A DNA stretch of 55,492 nt from a bacterium (GTDB taxonomy: Bacteria > Zixibacteria > MSB-5A5 > GN15 > FEB-12): the NCBI GenBank assembly GCA_043811375.1, contig JBDRNJ010000010.1, forward strand, positions 1-55,492, in the 5' to 3' direction. The first letter of the stretch is position 1, and the number at the start of each line of letters is the position of its first letter. The notes below the pieces were generated by a model, which did not search any database, had not been told where the DNA came from, and saw nothing but the letters and a program-made list of their open reading frames with translations. This document shows, in pieces, positions 9,607-19,573 of this stretch. Made by a program: the position numbers and the translations under genes.

Positions 9607-11514
9607 CTACTTCACTTCCTCAAAATCGGCGTCAACCGCGTCACCAGTGGCATCGCCACTAGTGGTATCGCCACTGCCATTACCACCTGCACACGAAGCT
9701 CCAGCCTGTCCGGCACCGGCCTGCTGATACATCTGAGCTGAGGCCTGCTGCCATACCTGGTTTAACGCTTCGGTGGCCGACGTCATCTCCTCCGGGTTGT
9801 CGCCGTTGAGCGCCTCTTTGACGCGGCTCACGGCAGCTTCGATCTTCGACTTGCCGTCGGCATCGAGTTTGTCACCATATTCCTTAAACTGTTTCTCGCT
9901 CTGGAAGACGGCGGCATCAGCCCGGTTGCGGGCTTCGATCCGTCGCTTCTTGTCGCGGTCGTCGGCCTCGTGGGTTTTAGCATCGTCGACCATCTTCTCA
10001 ATCTCCTGCTGCGTCAGCCCGGAGGAAGCCTCGATACGGATGTTCTGCGACTTGCCGGTAGCCATGTCTTTGGCCGACACGTTCAGGATACCGTTGGCAT
10101 CGATATCAAACGTCACTTCAATCTGCGGTAAACCCCGAGGCGCCGGCGGAATACCATCGAGAATAAAGCGGCCGATGGTTTTGTTGTCAATGGCCATCTC
10201 GCGCTCACCCTGCAGGACATGGATATCCACCTGCGGCTGGTTGTCGGAAGCCGTTGAGAACGTCTGCGACTTTTTGGTCGGAATGGTCGTGTTGCGCTCA
10301 ATCAACCGGGTCGTAACTCCTCCGATGGTCTCAATTCCCAATGACAGGGGAGTGACATCCAGGAGCAGTACGTCGTTGACGTCACCGGACAGCACACCGC
10401 CCTGAATGGCGGCACCCATAGCGACCACCTCGTCCGGATTGACGGCGTGACTTGGCTCCCGCCCGAAGAAAGCTTTGACCAACTCACGCACTTTCGGCAT
10501 ACGGGTCATGCCGCCGACGAGGATGATATCGTCGATCTGGTTGATCTTCAAGTCGGCGTCTCTGAGTGCCTGTTCCACCGGCTTCATCGAGCGTTGGAGA
10601 AGATCGTCGACCAACTGCTCGAATTTGGCCCGTGTCAGCGTCATATTGAGATGTTTGGGGCCGGAGCTGTCGGCCGTAACGAACGGCAGGTTGATGGTCG
10701 TCTGCAACGTGGAACTGAGTTCCATCTTGGCCTTCTCGGCTGCTTCCTTCAGCCGCTGTATGGCCATCGGATCCTTCGACAAGTCGATACCATCGGACTT
10801 TTTGAACTCATCGACTAGCCAGTCGATTATACGCTTGTCGAAGTCATCACCGCCAAGATGGGTGTCGCCATTGGTCGAGAGGACCTCGAAAACGTCGTCG
10901 TTCAATTCGAGGATCGAAATATCGAAGGTGCCGCCGCCCAGGTCGTACACGGCGACTTTGCCGGCATTCTTCTTGTCCAAACCGTAGGCGAGCGCCGCCG
11001 CCGTCGGTTCATTGATAATGCGCTTGACCTCAAGCCCGGCGATCTTGCCGGCATCCTTGGTCGCCTGACGCTGGCGGTCGTTGAAGTAGGCCGGAACAGT
11101 AATGACCGCTTCCCGGACGGAATGGCCGAGATATTCCTCGGCGGTCTTTTTCATTTTGGCCAGCACCATAGCCGATATCACCTGCGGATGGTACTGTTTA
11201 CCGGCCATCTCGATTACCAGCTCGCCGGAATTGTCGGCGGTTACTTTGTAGGGGAAGTTCTTGATTTCCTGCTCTACCTCGCCGAAAGTCCGCCCCATCA
11301 GTCGTTTGACGGAAAAGACCGTATTGAGCGGATTGGAAACCGCCTGACGTCGAGCCACAGTACCGACCAGACGCTCACTGTTTTTGTCAATAGCCACCAC
11401 CGAAGCGGTGGTGCGCCCACCCTCGGAATTGGTTATCACCTGCGGTTCGCCGTTTTCCACAACGGCCACGACGCTGTTGGTAGTGCCCAGGTCTATGCCG
11501 ATTATCTTACTCAT
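9607..11514 (-). CDS. dnaK: Molecular chaperone DnaK (Hsp70)
   Basis: [35 protein letters not shown]-terminal DADFEEVK. Confidence 0.99.
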   Translation of the reverse strand: MSKIIGIDLGTTNSVVAVVENGEPQVITNSEGGRTTASVVAIDKNSERLVGTVARRQAVSNPLNTVFSVKRLMGRTFGEVEQEIKNFPYKVTADNSGELVIEMAGKQYHPQVISAMVLAKMKKTAEEYLGHSVREAVITVPAYFNDRQRQATKDAGKIAGLEVKRIINEPTAAALAYGLDKKNAGKVAVYDLGGGTFDISILELNDDVFEVLSTNGDTHLGGDDFDKRIIDWLVDEFKKSDGIDLSKDPMAIQRLKEAAEKAKMELSSTLQTTINLPFVTADSSGPKHLNMTLTRAKFEQLVDDLLQRSMKPVEQALRDADLKINQIDDIILVGGMTRMPKVRELVKAFFGREPSHAVNPDEVVAMGAAIQGGVLSGDVNDVLLLDVTPLSLGIETIGGVTTRLIERNTTIPTKKSQTFSTASDNQPQVDIHVLQGEREMAIDNKTIGRFILDGIPPAPRGLPQIEVTFDIDANGILNVSAKDMATGKSQNIRIEASSGLTQQEIEKMVDDAKTHEADDRDKKRRIEARNRADAAVFQSEKQFKEYGDKLDADGKSKIEAAVSRVKEALNGDNPEEMTSATEALNQVWQQASAQMYQQAGAGQAGASCAGGNGSGDTTSGDATGDAVDADFEEVK

Positions 11515-11545
11515 GATTTTTTCTCCTTTTATAAGCCGGCGTTAG

Positions 11546-11578
11546 AAAAAAAGCCAGTCGATCCGACCGGCTTTTTTC
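11546..11578 (-). terminator. Intrinsic terminator-like hairpin between hsp20 and dnaK
   Basis: A7-gccagtcg-atc-cgaccggc-T6; U-tract on both strands. Confidence 0.75.
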
Positions 11579-11618
11579 TTGTTTTGCCGAGACCGGTCTG
11601 CACCGGCAGGGCAGCCGC

Positions 11619-12047
11619 TTAGCCTACTTTGACTTCAATTTCTTTGGGTTTCACTTCTTCCTTTTTGGCCAGCTTGATTTCAAGCATACCGTTGTTGTAG
11701 TCAGCCGAAACCTTTTCGGCGTCAACCGTGTCGGGAAGAGTGAATGATCGCGAGAAAGACCCGCCGATGATCTCGGACCGAACATAGCCGTCTTTCTCTT
11801 GTTCGGACTTGAAACTCCGCTCGCCGGATACGGTCAGGACATCATCTCTGAATATCACCTTGATGTCTTTTTTCTCCAGGCCGGGCAGCTCAAACAACAG
11901 GGAAACATCCTCATCGGTCTCCCTGATATTGACCCTCGGCATGAACTCGCGATTGACGCGGCTTCTGACAGTCGGGAAACTGAAGAAGCTGTCGAACAGA
12001 CCATCGATTTCCCGCGTGATCCTGTTGGTTGGCACTAAGTAAGTCAT
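11619..12047 (-). CDS. Hsp20/alpha-crystallin small heat shock protein
   Basis: PRVNIRE, ELPG, FSRSFTLP, A.Y.NGML; strong SD AAGGAGGT. Confidence 0.96.
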   Translation of the reverse strand: MTYLVPTNRITREIDGLFDSFFSFPTVRSRVNREFMPRVNIRETDEDVSLLFELPGLEKKDIKVIFRDDVLTVSGERSFKSEQEKDGYVRSEIIGGSFSRSFTLPDTVDAEKVSADYNNGMLEIKLAKKEEVKPKEIEVKVG

Positions 12048-12100
12048 TTGATACCTCCTTGGGTTCTTTCTTTTAGTTTCTGCATTCTGACCAAAGAGTA

Positions 12101-12117
12101 ATCAAACGGTGTGCCGA
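12101..12117 (-). promoter_or_regulatory. Possible sigma54 (-24/-12)-like promoter of hsp20-dnaK
   Basis: Minus strand TCGGCACACCGTTTGAT = GG-N10-GA, with a mismatch at the conserved -12 GC. Confidence 0.4.
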
Positions 12118-12269
12118 AACGGATAAGTTGCTATTATACAGCAAGATAGTGTTTTTTGTTAGTAGGGTATCGAGAGGATTATGCCACACAGGCATACCGA
12201 CACTGTCGTATTGGCGGTGTGTTAATGTTATTCTGGCAGGAGACTGCCAAACCGGCGGGTGGTGACTGC

Positions 12270-14501
12270 TCAGTGCCGCGAAAGTATCTCTGTGAGCGCT
12301 TTGTTGACCGCTGAATTCTTGAAAAACATTTTTTGAGTAGTCGAGAGACTGCTTTTGAAACCTTTCAGCGCCTCAATTGATCTGGCATCACCGATTTTTC
12401 CCAGAGATTCAATCGCGGCCAGCCGCAATTCTTCTTTTGAGGCCTGTTCGGATGTCAACTCTGCCAGTTCCTGATCGTTCTCCAGTAATCTAATAATAAA
12501 TGAGCGAGCTTCCTCGCCGCCGATTTTTCCCAGCGAATTCAGTGCTCTGACGGCTACAGCAGGTCGGCGTCGGGCCAGATCGGCCAATTGGGGAGCCATT
12601 GATGGTGTCCCGATATGACCAACGGCGACTACTGCTCTCTCGCGAATCTCCCTGACCGGATCGGCTGCCATCATCAGCAACAAGTCGCAGGCATCTTCGC
12701 CACCGATTTTTTCCAGCGCCGTCACTATTTCGCGTCTGACCCTGACGTCGCTGTCGTTAAAGCGCAGGCGAAGCGCCGGTACCCCCTCAGGGTCCTTCAG
12801 TGTTCCCAGCACAAAGATAGAGTTACGGACCACGTACCACTTGTTGTCGGCCAGTTCGTGACGACCGTTTTCCCTTTCAAACATGCTTTCGTCGGCCAGG
12901 ATGCGGGCAAACACCGCCTGCGACGCTTTCCCCAATTCGCCCAGTACTCTCAGGGCATGTTGTCGTACCTGCCTGAGCGGGTGCGAAATGATATGCGACA
13001 GCGCCACCGCCACTTCCTCGGAGCCGATTGCAATCAGTATCTCTCGAATACAACATGCCGTTTCGTGGTCGGATCGGATCATCTCATCGATCAGCCCCTG
13101 GATGGATTGCTCTTGATTGAGATTATCCAGCACCTTTTTCACGGCTACGGAGTCATAGACGGCTACGTTGCCGTCGTACCGTCTTCGTCGAGCCACCGAG
13201 TCGGCCAACCGCGCCATCTGCTTAAACCGTCGCTGGCTCCACGTCTTTTGAAGCATCTGCCAGATAACTTCGGAATACTCGTAGGTCTCCTGCCCGGCAG
13301 CGACATCCGTCATCACCTGCGAAGCAGTCGTCTCGAAAACGTCGATGTCCGTCGTCATATCAAAGCTGGTGATGGAACTCAATAGTAGCTGCAGCGCTCG
13401 CTGCCGGATACCGCCATCGGGATTGGTCAGCAACTTCAGCAGCCTTTGCATGACTTCGGTAGCTTTGGATTGCTGGCCCGTTTTCAGTAGTTTTTGAAAT
13501 GCCCGGCAGAACTCATCGATAGGCAACGGCGAGTTTGTTGAATCGAAAAAGCTTTGCAACAGACTGTCAATCTTTTCACGAGAAGCGATTCTGATGGCGC
13601 CGGCTTCGGTGCTCAGTTCGCGGATAGTCTCCGGATCCAGCCGGTTACTGCTGAGATGCCTGTCCAGTTCGGCCGTGATTGCGGCCCGTTTCGGGTGGTA
13701 ATCAATCAACTTGGTGAGGGTTCGGCAGGCTTGAAGCAGTTCGGTTCTTTCTTCGTCGTTGTCGGGAAGGGCGCGCACCCGGTCGGTCATCGCCTTCATT
13801 GTCCTGATTACCTCATCCTGTGGGAAGGCCATCACTTTTTCTGACAACAGGTAATCAATGATATCCTGCCGGAAATCAATGCCATGTTCTTCGAACGCCT
13901 GCTGCGGGCGGCAGCCGATATCCGCTATGGTCTGAAGACTATCTCCCAGTTGAGTGAGAACTATGTGCCTGACGCTGAAATCAGTGTGGATGTCACCGCG
14001 GTATTGTTTCTGCACATCAAAGAGGCGAAACGCCTTCTCAGAGTTGACCTCAATGGAAGTGATATGGGTTTTCTCCAGATAAGTGCTTAACAGGTTGTCG
14101 TGGCGCGACAGGTCGACCCGTTTGACCAGTCGATCAATGAAGGTGGTCAGTTCCGCCATAGTGACACGTCGCTCAATCAGCACCGCTTCAGTTTCGAGAA
14201 TGTGCAGGTAGCGCTGAATCTCTTCGGTAAACAGGCTGGGTTTCAGGCGGATATTGAGCACGTACAGGAAGCCGCCGTGCAGGTTGACGTTGACGTGATT
14301 ACGGAAGCGAAAAATGTCATCGAGGGCAAAGAAGGGTTTCTCCACGGCCTTGCCGCCCATCGGGTGTTGAGGTCCGTAGACGGACATCTTGCGGCAGGCC
14401 ATCGCCAGTTCACGAGCGAAAGCGTGAGCCAGTTCGTTGAGACTTGTGGCCAGGGCCGCTTCACTGATCGTCGTGTTTGCTGTCGTCATGTCTCCGTCCA
14501 A
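12270..14501 (-). CDS. HEAT/PBS-lyase repeat protein
   Basis: C-terminal HEAT repeats (WYVVRNSIFVLG, VRVRREIVTALEKIG, AAIESLGKIGD); N-terminal YGPQHP motif. Confidence 0.85.
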   Translation of the reverse strand: MDGDMTTANTTISEAALATSLNELAHAFARELAMACRKMSVYGPQHPMGGKAVEKPFFALDDIFRFRNHVNVNLHGGFLYVLNIRLKPSLFTEEIQRYLHILETEAVLIERRVTMAELTTFIDRLVKRVDLSRHDNLLSTYLEKTHITSIEVNSEKAFRLFDVQKQYRGDIHTDFSVRHIVLTQLGDSLQTIADIGCRPQQAFEEHGIDFRQDIIDYLLSEKVMAFPQDEVIRTMKAMTDRVRALPDNDEERTELLQACRTLTKLIDYHPKRAAITAELDRHLSSNRLDPETIRELSTEAGAIRIASREKIDSLLQSFFDSTNSPLPIDEFCRAFQKLLKTGQQSKATEVMQRLLKLLTNPDGGIRQRALQLLLSSITSFDMTTDIDVFETTASQVMTDVAAGQETYEYSEVIWQMLQKTWSQRRFKQMARLADSVARRRRYDGNVAVYDSVAVKKVLDNLNQEQSIQGLIDEMIRSDHETACCIREILIAIGSEEVAVALSHIISHPLRQVRQHALRVLGELGKASQAVFARILADESMFERENGRHELADNKWYVVRNSIFVLGTLKDPEGVPALRLRFNDSDVRVRREIVTALEKIGGEDACDLLLMMAADPVREIRERAVVAVGHIGTPSMAPQLADLARRRPAVAVRALNSLGKIGGEEARSFIIRLLENDQELAELTSEQASKEELRLAAIESLGKIGDARSIEALKGFKSSLSTTQKMFFKNSAVNKALTEILSRH

Positions 14502-15642
14502 AGCATATGGTTGTACCGGACTGGGTGGCTACAAACACCCGTTGGCCATCGCTGACCGGGGGCCAGGCCACCGCTGAGCCCAATTGACGCCGGTCAACTA
14601 CCCGGCCGTCATCGGCATCCAGCGAAAACAGGCTTCCCGCCATCGTACCCACAATCACGTAACCGTCAACCACAATGGCCGAAGCTCTGATTACCTCGTC
14701 GGCGTCAAAGCGCCATAACACTCGTCCATCGACGGCATCCAGCGCCACCAGCCTGCCGCCACTGTGGCCGACGAAGAGGCGGTCGTCGCCGACAGCCGGT
14801 GTCGTCCAGATGGGACCATCCAGGCGGGTGTCCCAGGCTATCCGGCCGTCTTGAGGTTCAATTCCGTAGACGTGACCGGACATATCGGCGGCAAAGACCA
14901 GGTCGGACACCGCCACGGCACCGACCCTGGGGCTGTTACCGGTCACCCGATAGAGTTCCGAGCCGTCTTCCGGCGAGATTGCATACAGCGTGCCGTCATC
15001 GGACGGCTGGAAGATACGTCCATCGGCATAACTGACCGGCGCCGCCAGACCGCCATCAGTCTGGAAGGTCCAGATGACACTACCATCCTGAATGCTACAG
15101 GCCAGCAACTGACCGTCCATCGAGCTAACAATCAGCCTGTTATCCAGTAATATCGACCCGGCGGCGGCGTCCTTTATATGGCGTTTCCACAGCAGTTTTC
15201 CCGATCGGAGGTTGACACAGCGTAACCAGGCCCGGCGCGGAGAGGTGGCAAAAAAGGCCAGGCTGTCCTGGATCACCAGCCCGGTATGGGCTACCCCGTG
15301 AGATTTCAGCGAACCCAGCAGGCGCCCGGTAACAGTATCGTAAAAGCGTATCTTGTTCCTGGAGCCGGGGAGAATTAGGCAACCCTGCCGGATCGTAAGC
15401 GGACCGACCGGTTTTTCACCACGGCGCGTCTCCCAGACAATATCCAGCTTGCCCTCGAAACCGCTTTCCCGAACAGATCCCTGAGAAGCAAGTCCGCCGT
15501 GGTGATACGGCCAGGGTGAAGGGAGTTGTTGCCGCTCGGGGGAGGAGCGGTAGCTTCTGGTACAAGAGACCGTCAATACCGGAATTATCGCCATCAGACA
15601 CAGTATTATCAGACGTGAACGGCTTACCATTAGAAATTCCAC
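14461..15642 (-). CDS. PQQ-like beta-propeller lipoprotein (BamB-like)
   Basis: Lipobox TVSC; repeated A.D..DG...W motifs. Confidence 0.87.
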   Translation of the reverse strand: MEFLMVSRSRLIILCLMAIIPVLTVSCTRSYRSSPERQQLPSPWPYHHGGLASQGSVRESGFEGKLDIVWETRRGEKPVGPLTIRQGCLILPGSRNKIRFYDTVTGRLLGSLKSHGVAHTGLVIQDSLAFFATSPRRAWLRCVNLRSGKLLWKRHIKDAAAGSILLDNRLIVSSMDGQLLACSIQDGSVIWTFQTDGGLAAPVSYADGRIFQPSDDGTLYAISPEDGSELYRVTGNSPRVGAVAVSDLVFAADMSGHVYGIEPQDGRIAWDTRLDGPIWTTPAVGDDRLFVGHSGGRLVALDAVDGRVLWRFDADEVIRASAIVVDGYVIVGTMAGSLFSLDADDGRVVDRRQLGSAVAWPPVSDGQRVFVATQSGTTICFGRRHDDSKHDDQ

Positions 15643-18440
15643 CCGAAAAAGAAGTCAAAATCGGTCTGCGAACTGATGGTTTTGAAATTAGTAGTCCGGG
15701 AAAAATCGAAGCGCAGAATCACCAGATAACCCAGCGCAACACGGAAACCGGCCCCGAACGAACCGCGAAAACGATCGAGAACATCGTCCCAGCCGGCGCC
15801 GGCATCAAAGAAGAGTGCTCCGCGTATCTGTGAGAAAGCCATCGTCCCAAAAGGAAAACCCAGCACCAGGTTGTCCATCAGCGGAAACCGAAGTTCGTTG
15901 GATGCAAACAGGATGTTGCGATTGTAGAATTCCCGCCGACTGTAGCCACGGAAAGACCAACTGCCTCCAAAGTAGATTCTTTGTGGTTCGATTCCCGATG
16001 ACGAGTAGGCAAACAGTCGGTTAGCCAGAGCCGAATGCCGTCCCAGTCGAAAGTAGTGCCGCACGTCGGCCATAGCCAGGCGGCTGAAGCTCCGAAGCTG
16101 ATCCATCCGGACAGTAGTGCCGATCGTAATATTGTAGCGCCGACCTTCGATGGGGCCGGTGATTTCCCACAGTGAGTTATCGAATACCCAGCTGAGATAG
16201 TTCGTCAGCAGGAAGGCTTCCCGGCCGTGAGAACGGATGGTTTTGGTGCGCTTGGAATACTTTGCCAGAGATACCAGGTCGAGCCGTTGGAACTTCGACA
16301 GAGGATATCTCACCAGCGACAACAACCCCGCCTGGCGCTCGGTATAAAAGACGTCATAATCATTGTAGTACTCGTCGAAGAGATGGAAAGCACCCATGCC
16401 CCAATTGATCCGCCGTTCACGGTTGATATAAGTGACACCAACATTGAACGATTCCATTAATTTATCCTTGGTGCCGGCAGTATTGGTCAGCAGGAAGTGA
16501 AAGGCGTGATTGCCCAGCATATCGGAAGCCATTACCTGCAGTCCACCCAGCGAGCCGTAAACCGGATCGTAGCCGACCGATGATTGGGCAATATCCAGCG
16601 AGTAGCTGGTGTTGTATCTCACCGAGGAGTGCTTGTACTTGCTCTCCAGTCGCCGGGGTTGCCAGCTCGACACAACCTCAGGCGGAGTCGGTGCCACAAC
16701 CGGTGCTTCCGTGGGCAGGTCCATCTGAAATATCTGAAAGGCCATGTTCTGGAAACCGGTGTAGTACAGTCGCTCGCCGTCGGGAGACAGACGCGGTTGC
16801 AGGGCACCGGTGACGTAACTCGATTGCCGGGTCAGTGTCCCGGAATCGTCATGAAGATAAAGATTGAATGTTCCCTCACGGTCCGACGAAAAGAACACCC
16901 CGCGATCCGTCCAGCAGGGAGAATCATCGCGACCGGCACCGAAGGTGAGCTGTGTCAGACGACCGGTGGCTATATTGACCGTAAACAGGTTCAGTGCTCC
17001 CCGGTAACCATCGGCGCCCCGGTCAGAAGCAAACACAACCCGGCGGCCATCGGGTGAAAACGCCGGTGACACGTCATGGTAGATGTCGTCGGTGAGTGGC
17101 CGGTAATCCCCGGTGACCGGGTCAAGCAGATACAAATTGCTGAAACCGTCAATGCCGACTCCGGAAAAGACAACCCCGGATGCGTCGGGTGAGAAACGTG
17201 GGGATCGAGCCGCCACCAGATCGTCAAACTCGTAGACGCGAGTTACCCGCCGTTCATCGAGTTCGTAGATGTAGATGACGTCCTTCTCGCGGGATTTGGC
17301 GGAGAAGATGATTAACCCTGAGTCGTTGGCGTCGATTCCCGAGCGCATAAGGTGCAGCGACTCAAAATCGGTCGATCGTTCCCCTTTGAGCAGGACTTTG
17401 GCACGGTGCCCCTCTCCATCGGCCGGTATCATGTAGATGCCGGTGTATCCCAACCGATTGGCAGTGAATATCAACCATTGACGGCGACCGTCGCCGTCAT
17501 CAAAACTTATCGGCACGCCGCTGACGGAAAAACCGCCCCTGGTTACCTGGCGTGATTCCATGATCGGCAAACCCTGACCGAGCAACTTCGGGTAGTACCG
17601 CTTGCGTAGAGAATAGTGCCAGCGCTGCGACAATTTCTCAAGATCTTCTCCCAGCGTGATCTTGACGATGTGAGCGAAACTGCGTCCTTTGTGCCAGTTC
17701 TCAAGCATCCTGACGAGCTTGTCGGAGCCGTAGGTGGAGTCAATAAAGTGGCATAACGATTCCCCCAGCTTGTACATCAGGTAGCTGCCGCGTATCTGGT
17801 ACATTTGATCGATAGACGGCAGCCGGCCACTGATGACAACATCGCCGACAATCATGTCCGCCCCGGGGTCCCACTGCTTGGACCAGTACTCGGCGAGGCC
17901 TTCCGTGAACCATAACGGCGGTGACATATATCGAACATAGCGGTGCTTCTTCAGGACCGATTCGAGCTTGGACAACATGAACACATGCACCAGTTCGTGC
18001 CGAATGACTTGATCGAAATCGTGGTAAGACCCATGGAACGGCACCACCACCCGCCCCTTCATAAATTCCGTAAATCCGGCTACCGACTCGGGCAACAGGC
18101 CCGGAATAACGTTGGTCTGCGAAAAGTAACCGGGCGACGAGTATATAATGAGGGGAATCTTGTCGATTACCTCGTGATTGAACCTAGCCGACAGTTCTCG
18201 GTAGGAGTCCTCGGCCAGGCCGGCCGCGATGCCGGTAATATCGTATTCGCTGGTGTAGAAGTAGATGTGAAAGTGGTCGGTCGTCATGACCTGCCAGTCG
18301 AATTTCGTGTACTGGACCTTGTTCTTGCCGAAATAGAACTGGGCACCGGCGGTGTCCGGCCAGACGACCATAACCGCGATCGTCACGACTAAAGCTCGAA
18401 CAAGCCACCGTAGTTGTCTCAAGGTGTATATCAACATCAA
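15630..18440 (-). CDS. Gluzincin peptidase-like + PD40/TolB propeller + BamA/TamA-type C-terminal barrel protein
   Basis: Signal peptide, FGKNKVQY, HELVH...WFTEGLAE, SP.FSPDG repeats, FRGY..., ELRFP, FFDAG, terminal FFFGWNF. Confidence 0.88.
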   Translation of the reverse strand: MMLIYTLRQLRWLVRALVVTIAVMVVWPDTAGAQFYFGKNKVQYTKFDWQVMTTDHFHIYFYTSEYDITGIAAGLAEDSYRELSARFNHEVIDKIPLIIYSSPGYFSQTNVIPGLLPESVAGFTEFMKGRVVVPFHGSYHDFDQVIRHELVHVFMLSKLESVLKKHRYVRYMSPPLWFTEGLAEYWSKQWDPGADMIVGDVVISGRLPSIDQMYQIRGSYLMYKLGESLCHFIDSTYGSDKLVRMLENWHKGRSFAHIVKITLGEDLEKLSQRWHYSLRKRYYPKLLGQGLPIMESRQVTRGGFSVSGVPISFDDGDGRRQWLIFTANRLGYTGIYMIPADGEGHRAKVLLKGERSTDFESLHLMRSGIDANDSGLIIFSAKSREKDVIYIYELDERRVTRVYEFDDLVAARSPRFSPDASGVVFSGVGIDGFSNLYLLDPVTGDYRPLTDDIYHDVSPAFSPDGRRVVFASDRGADGYRGALNLFTVNIATGRLTQLTFGAGRDDSPCWTDRGVFFSSDREGTFNLYLHDDSGTLTRQSSYVTGALQPRLSPDGERLYYTGFQNMAFQIFQMDLPTEAPVVAPTPPEVVSSWQPRRLESKYKHSSVRYNTSYSLDIAQSSVGYDPVYGSLGGLQVMASDMLGNHAFHFLLTNTAGTKDKLMESFNVGVTYINRERRINWGMGAFHLFDEYYNDYDVFYTERQAGLLSLVRYPLSKFQRLDLVSLAKYSKRTKTIRSHGREAFLLTNYLSWVFDNSLWEITGPIEGRRYNITIGTTVRMDQLRSFSRLAMADVRHYFRLGRHSALANRLFAYSSSGIEPQRIYFGGSWSFRGYSRREFYNRNILFASNELRFPLMDNLVLGFPFGTMAFSQIRGALFFDAGAGWDDVLDRFRGSFGAGFRVALGYLVILRFDFSRTTNFKTISSQTDFDFFFGWNF

Positions 18441-18583
18441 TCCAATAGCAAAACCAGCCGGAATGGACTGTTGGGCGCAAACAATCCCTTATATGACGCG
18501 GAAACCCGCGTATAAGTCAAATCCAAATTTGGCGCCAGGGCTCTGTTGTTTCTGATTATCGGACGACAACCGGACATCACCAC

Positions 18584-19573
18584 CTATCGGATGATCCCCG
18601 TTTCCCCGCCGCAGGCCGAACAGCGACCGTTTTTCAGCCCGGTGACGGCGGTATGAAAGCCACTGCGCTCAATCAATAGCTCGCCACAATCGGGACAGCG
18701 GGTGTCGGAACAACCCGGCAGTAATATGTTGCCGGTATACACCCAGGGCAGTTTCTGCCGGGCCATCCGGTGGGCACGCATCATGGTTTCGGTGGGAGTG
18801 GCTTCGATTTTCATCTTGTAGCTGGGATGGTAGGCGGAAAAATGAAGTGGAATCATCTCCGAGACTGAAGCCACAAAATCGATCAGGTCGCGCAGGTCTT
18901 CATCACTGTCGTTCAATCCCGGTATCAGCAGGTTAGTGATCTCCAGATGAATCCCGGCGGCAGCCAGGCGCCTGATATTTGTCAGGACCGGTTGGAGTTT
19001 CGCTTTGCAGATTTTTTTATAGAAAGCCGGGCGAATTGATTTCAGATCGACGTTGACGGCATCGATAAACGGCAGCAAATCCTCGAGGGGTTCCGGGCTG
19101 ATATAGCCGTTGGAAACCAACACTGTTTTCAAACCGGCCCGCTGCAGGAGCGGGGCAGTATCCATCAGGTACTCAAACCAGACCAGCGGCTCGGTGTAGG
19201 TGAAGGCAACTCCCAGCGAGTCACAGGACTCAGCGGTCCGGGTCAGTTTGTCAGGCGAGTAATAGACGGTTGTGGTTTTTTTATGGGATATAGTCCAGTT
19301 CTGGCAATTGAGACATCCCAGGTTACAACTGTTGGGTCCGGTGGACAAAATATCAGCCATTGGGTAGAAATGATACAACGGCTTTTTTTCGATGGGATCA
19401 ACCGCCAGTGATACCAGTTCGCCGTAGTTGTCGGTTACCAACTCGCCATCCCGATTGAAGCGGGACTTGCAGATACCGATCTTGCCTACTGTCAGGAGAC
19501 ACTCCGCCGGACAGAGGAGACAGCGGACTTTTTTGCCGCCGAGAGGTTGCGAATATGCCGCCGGTTTAATCAC
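18584..19573 (-). CDS. amrS: AmmeMemoRadiSam system radical SAM enzyme
   Basis: CLLCPAEC...GIC, DPIEKKPLYHFYP, CNLGCLNCQNW, FTYTEP, C-terminal CPDCG/CSACG. Confidence 0.93.
   Translation of the reverse strand: MIKPAAYSQPLGGKKVRCLLCPAECLLTVGKIGICKSRFNRDGELVTDNYGELVSLAVDPIEKKPLYHFYPMADILSTGPNSCNLGCLNCQNWTISHKKTTTVYYSPDKLTRTAESCDSLGVAFTYTEPLVWFEYLMDTAPLLQRAGLKTVLVSNGYISPEPLEDLLPFIDAVNVDLKSIRPAFYKKICKAKLQPVLTNIRRLAAAGIHLEITNLLIPGLNDSDEDLRDLIDFVASVSEMIPLHFSAYHPSYKMKIEATPTETMMRAHRMARQKLPWVYTGNILLPGCSDTRCPDCGELLIERSGFHTAVTGLKNGRCSACGGETGIIR

Noticed and set aside
9773..11622. Long antisense ORFs opposite dnaK (likewise 38872-39825, 25768-26661, 47831-48688)
   Set aside because: These are typical shadow ORFs of GC-rich coding sequence and carry no motifs.
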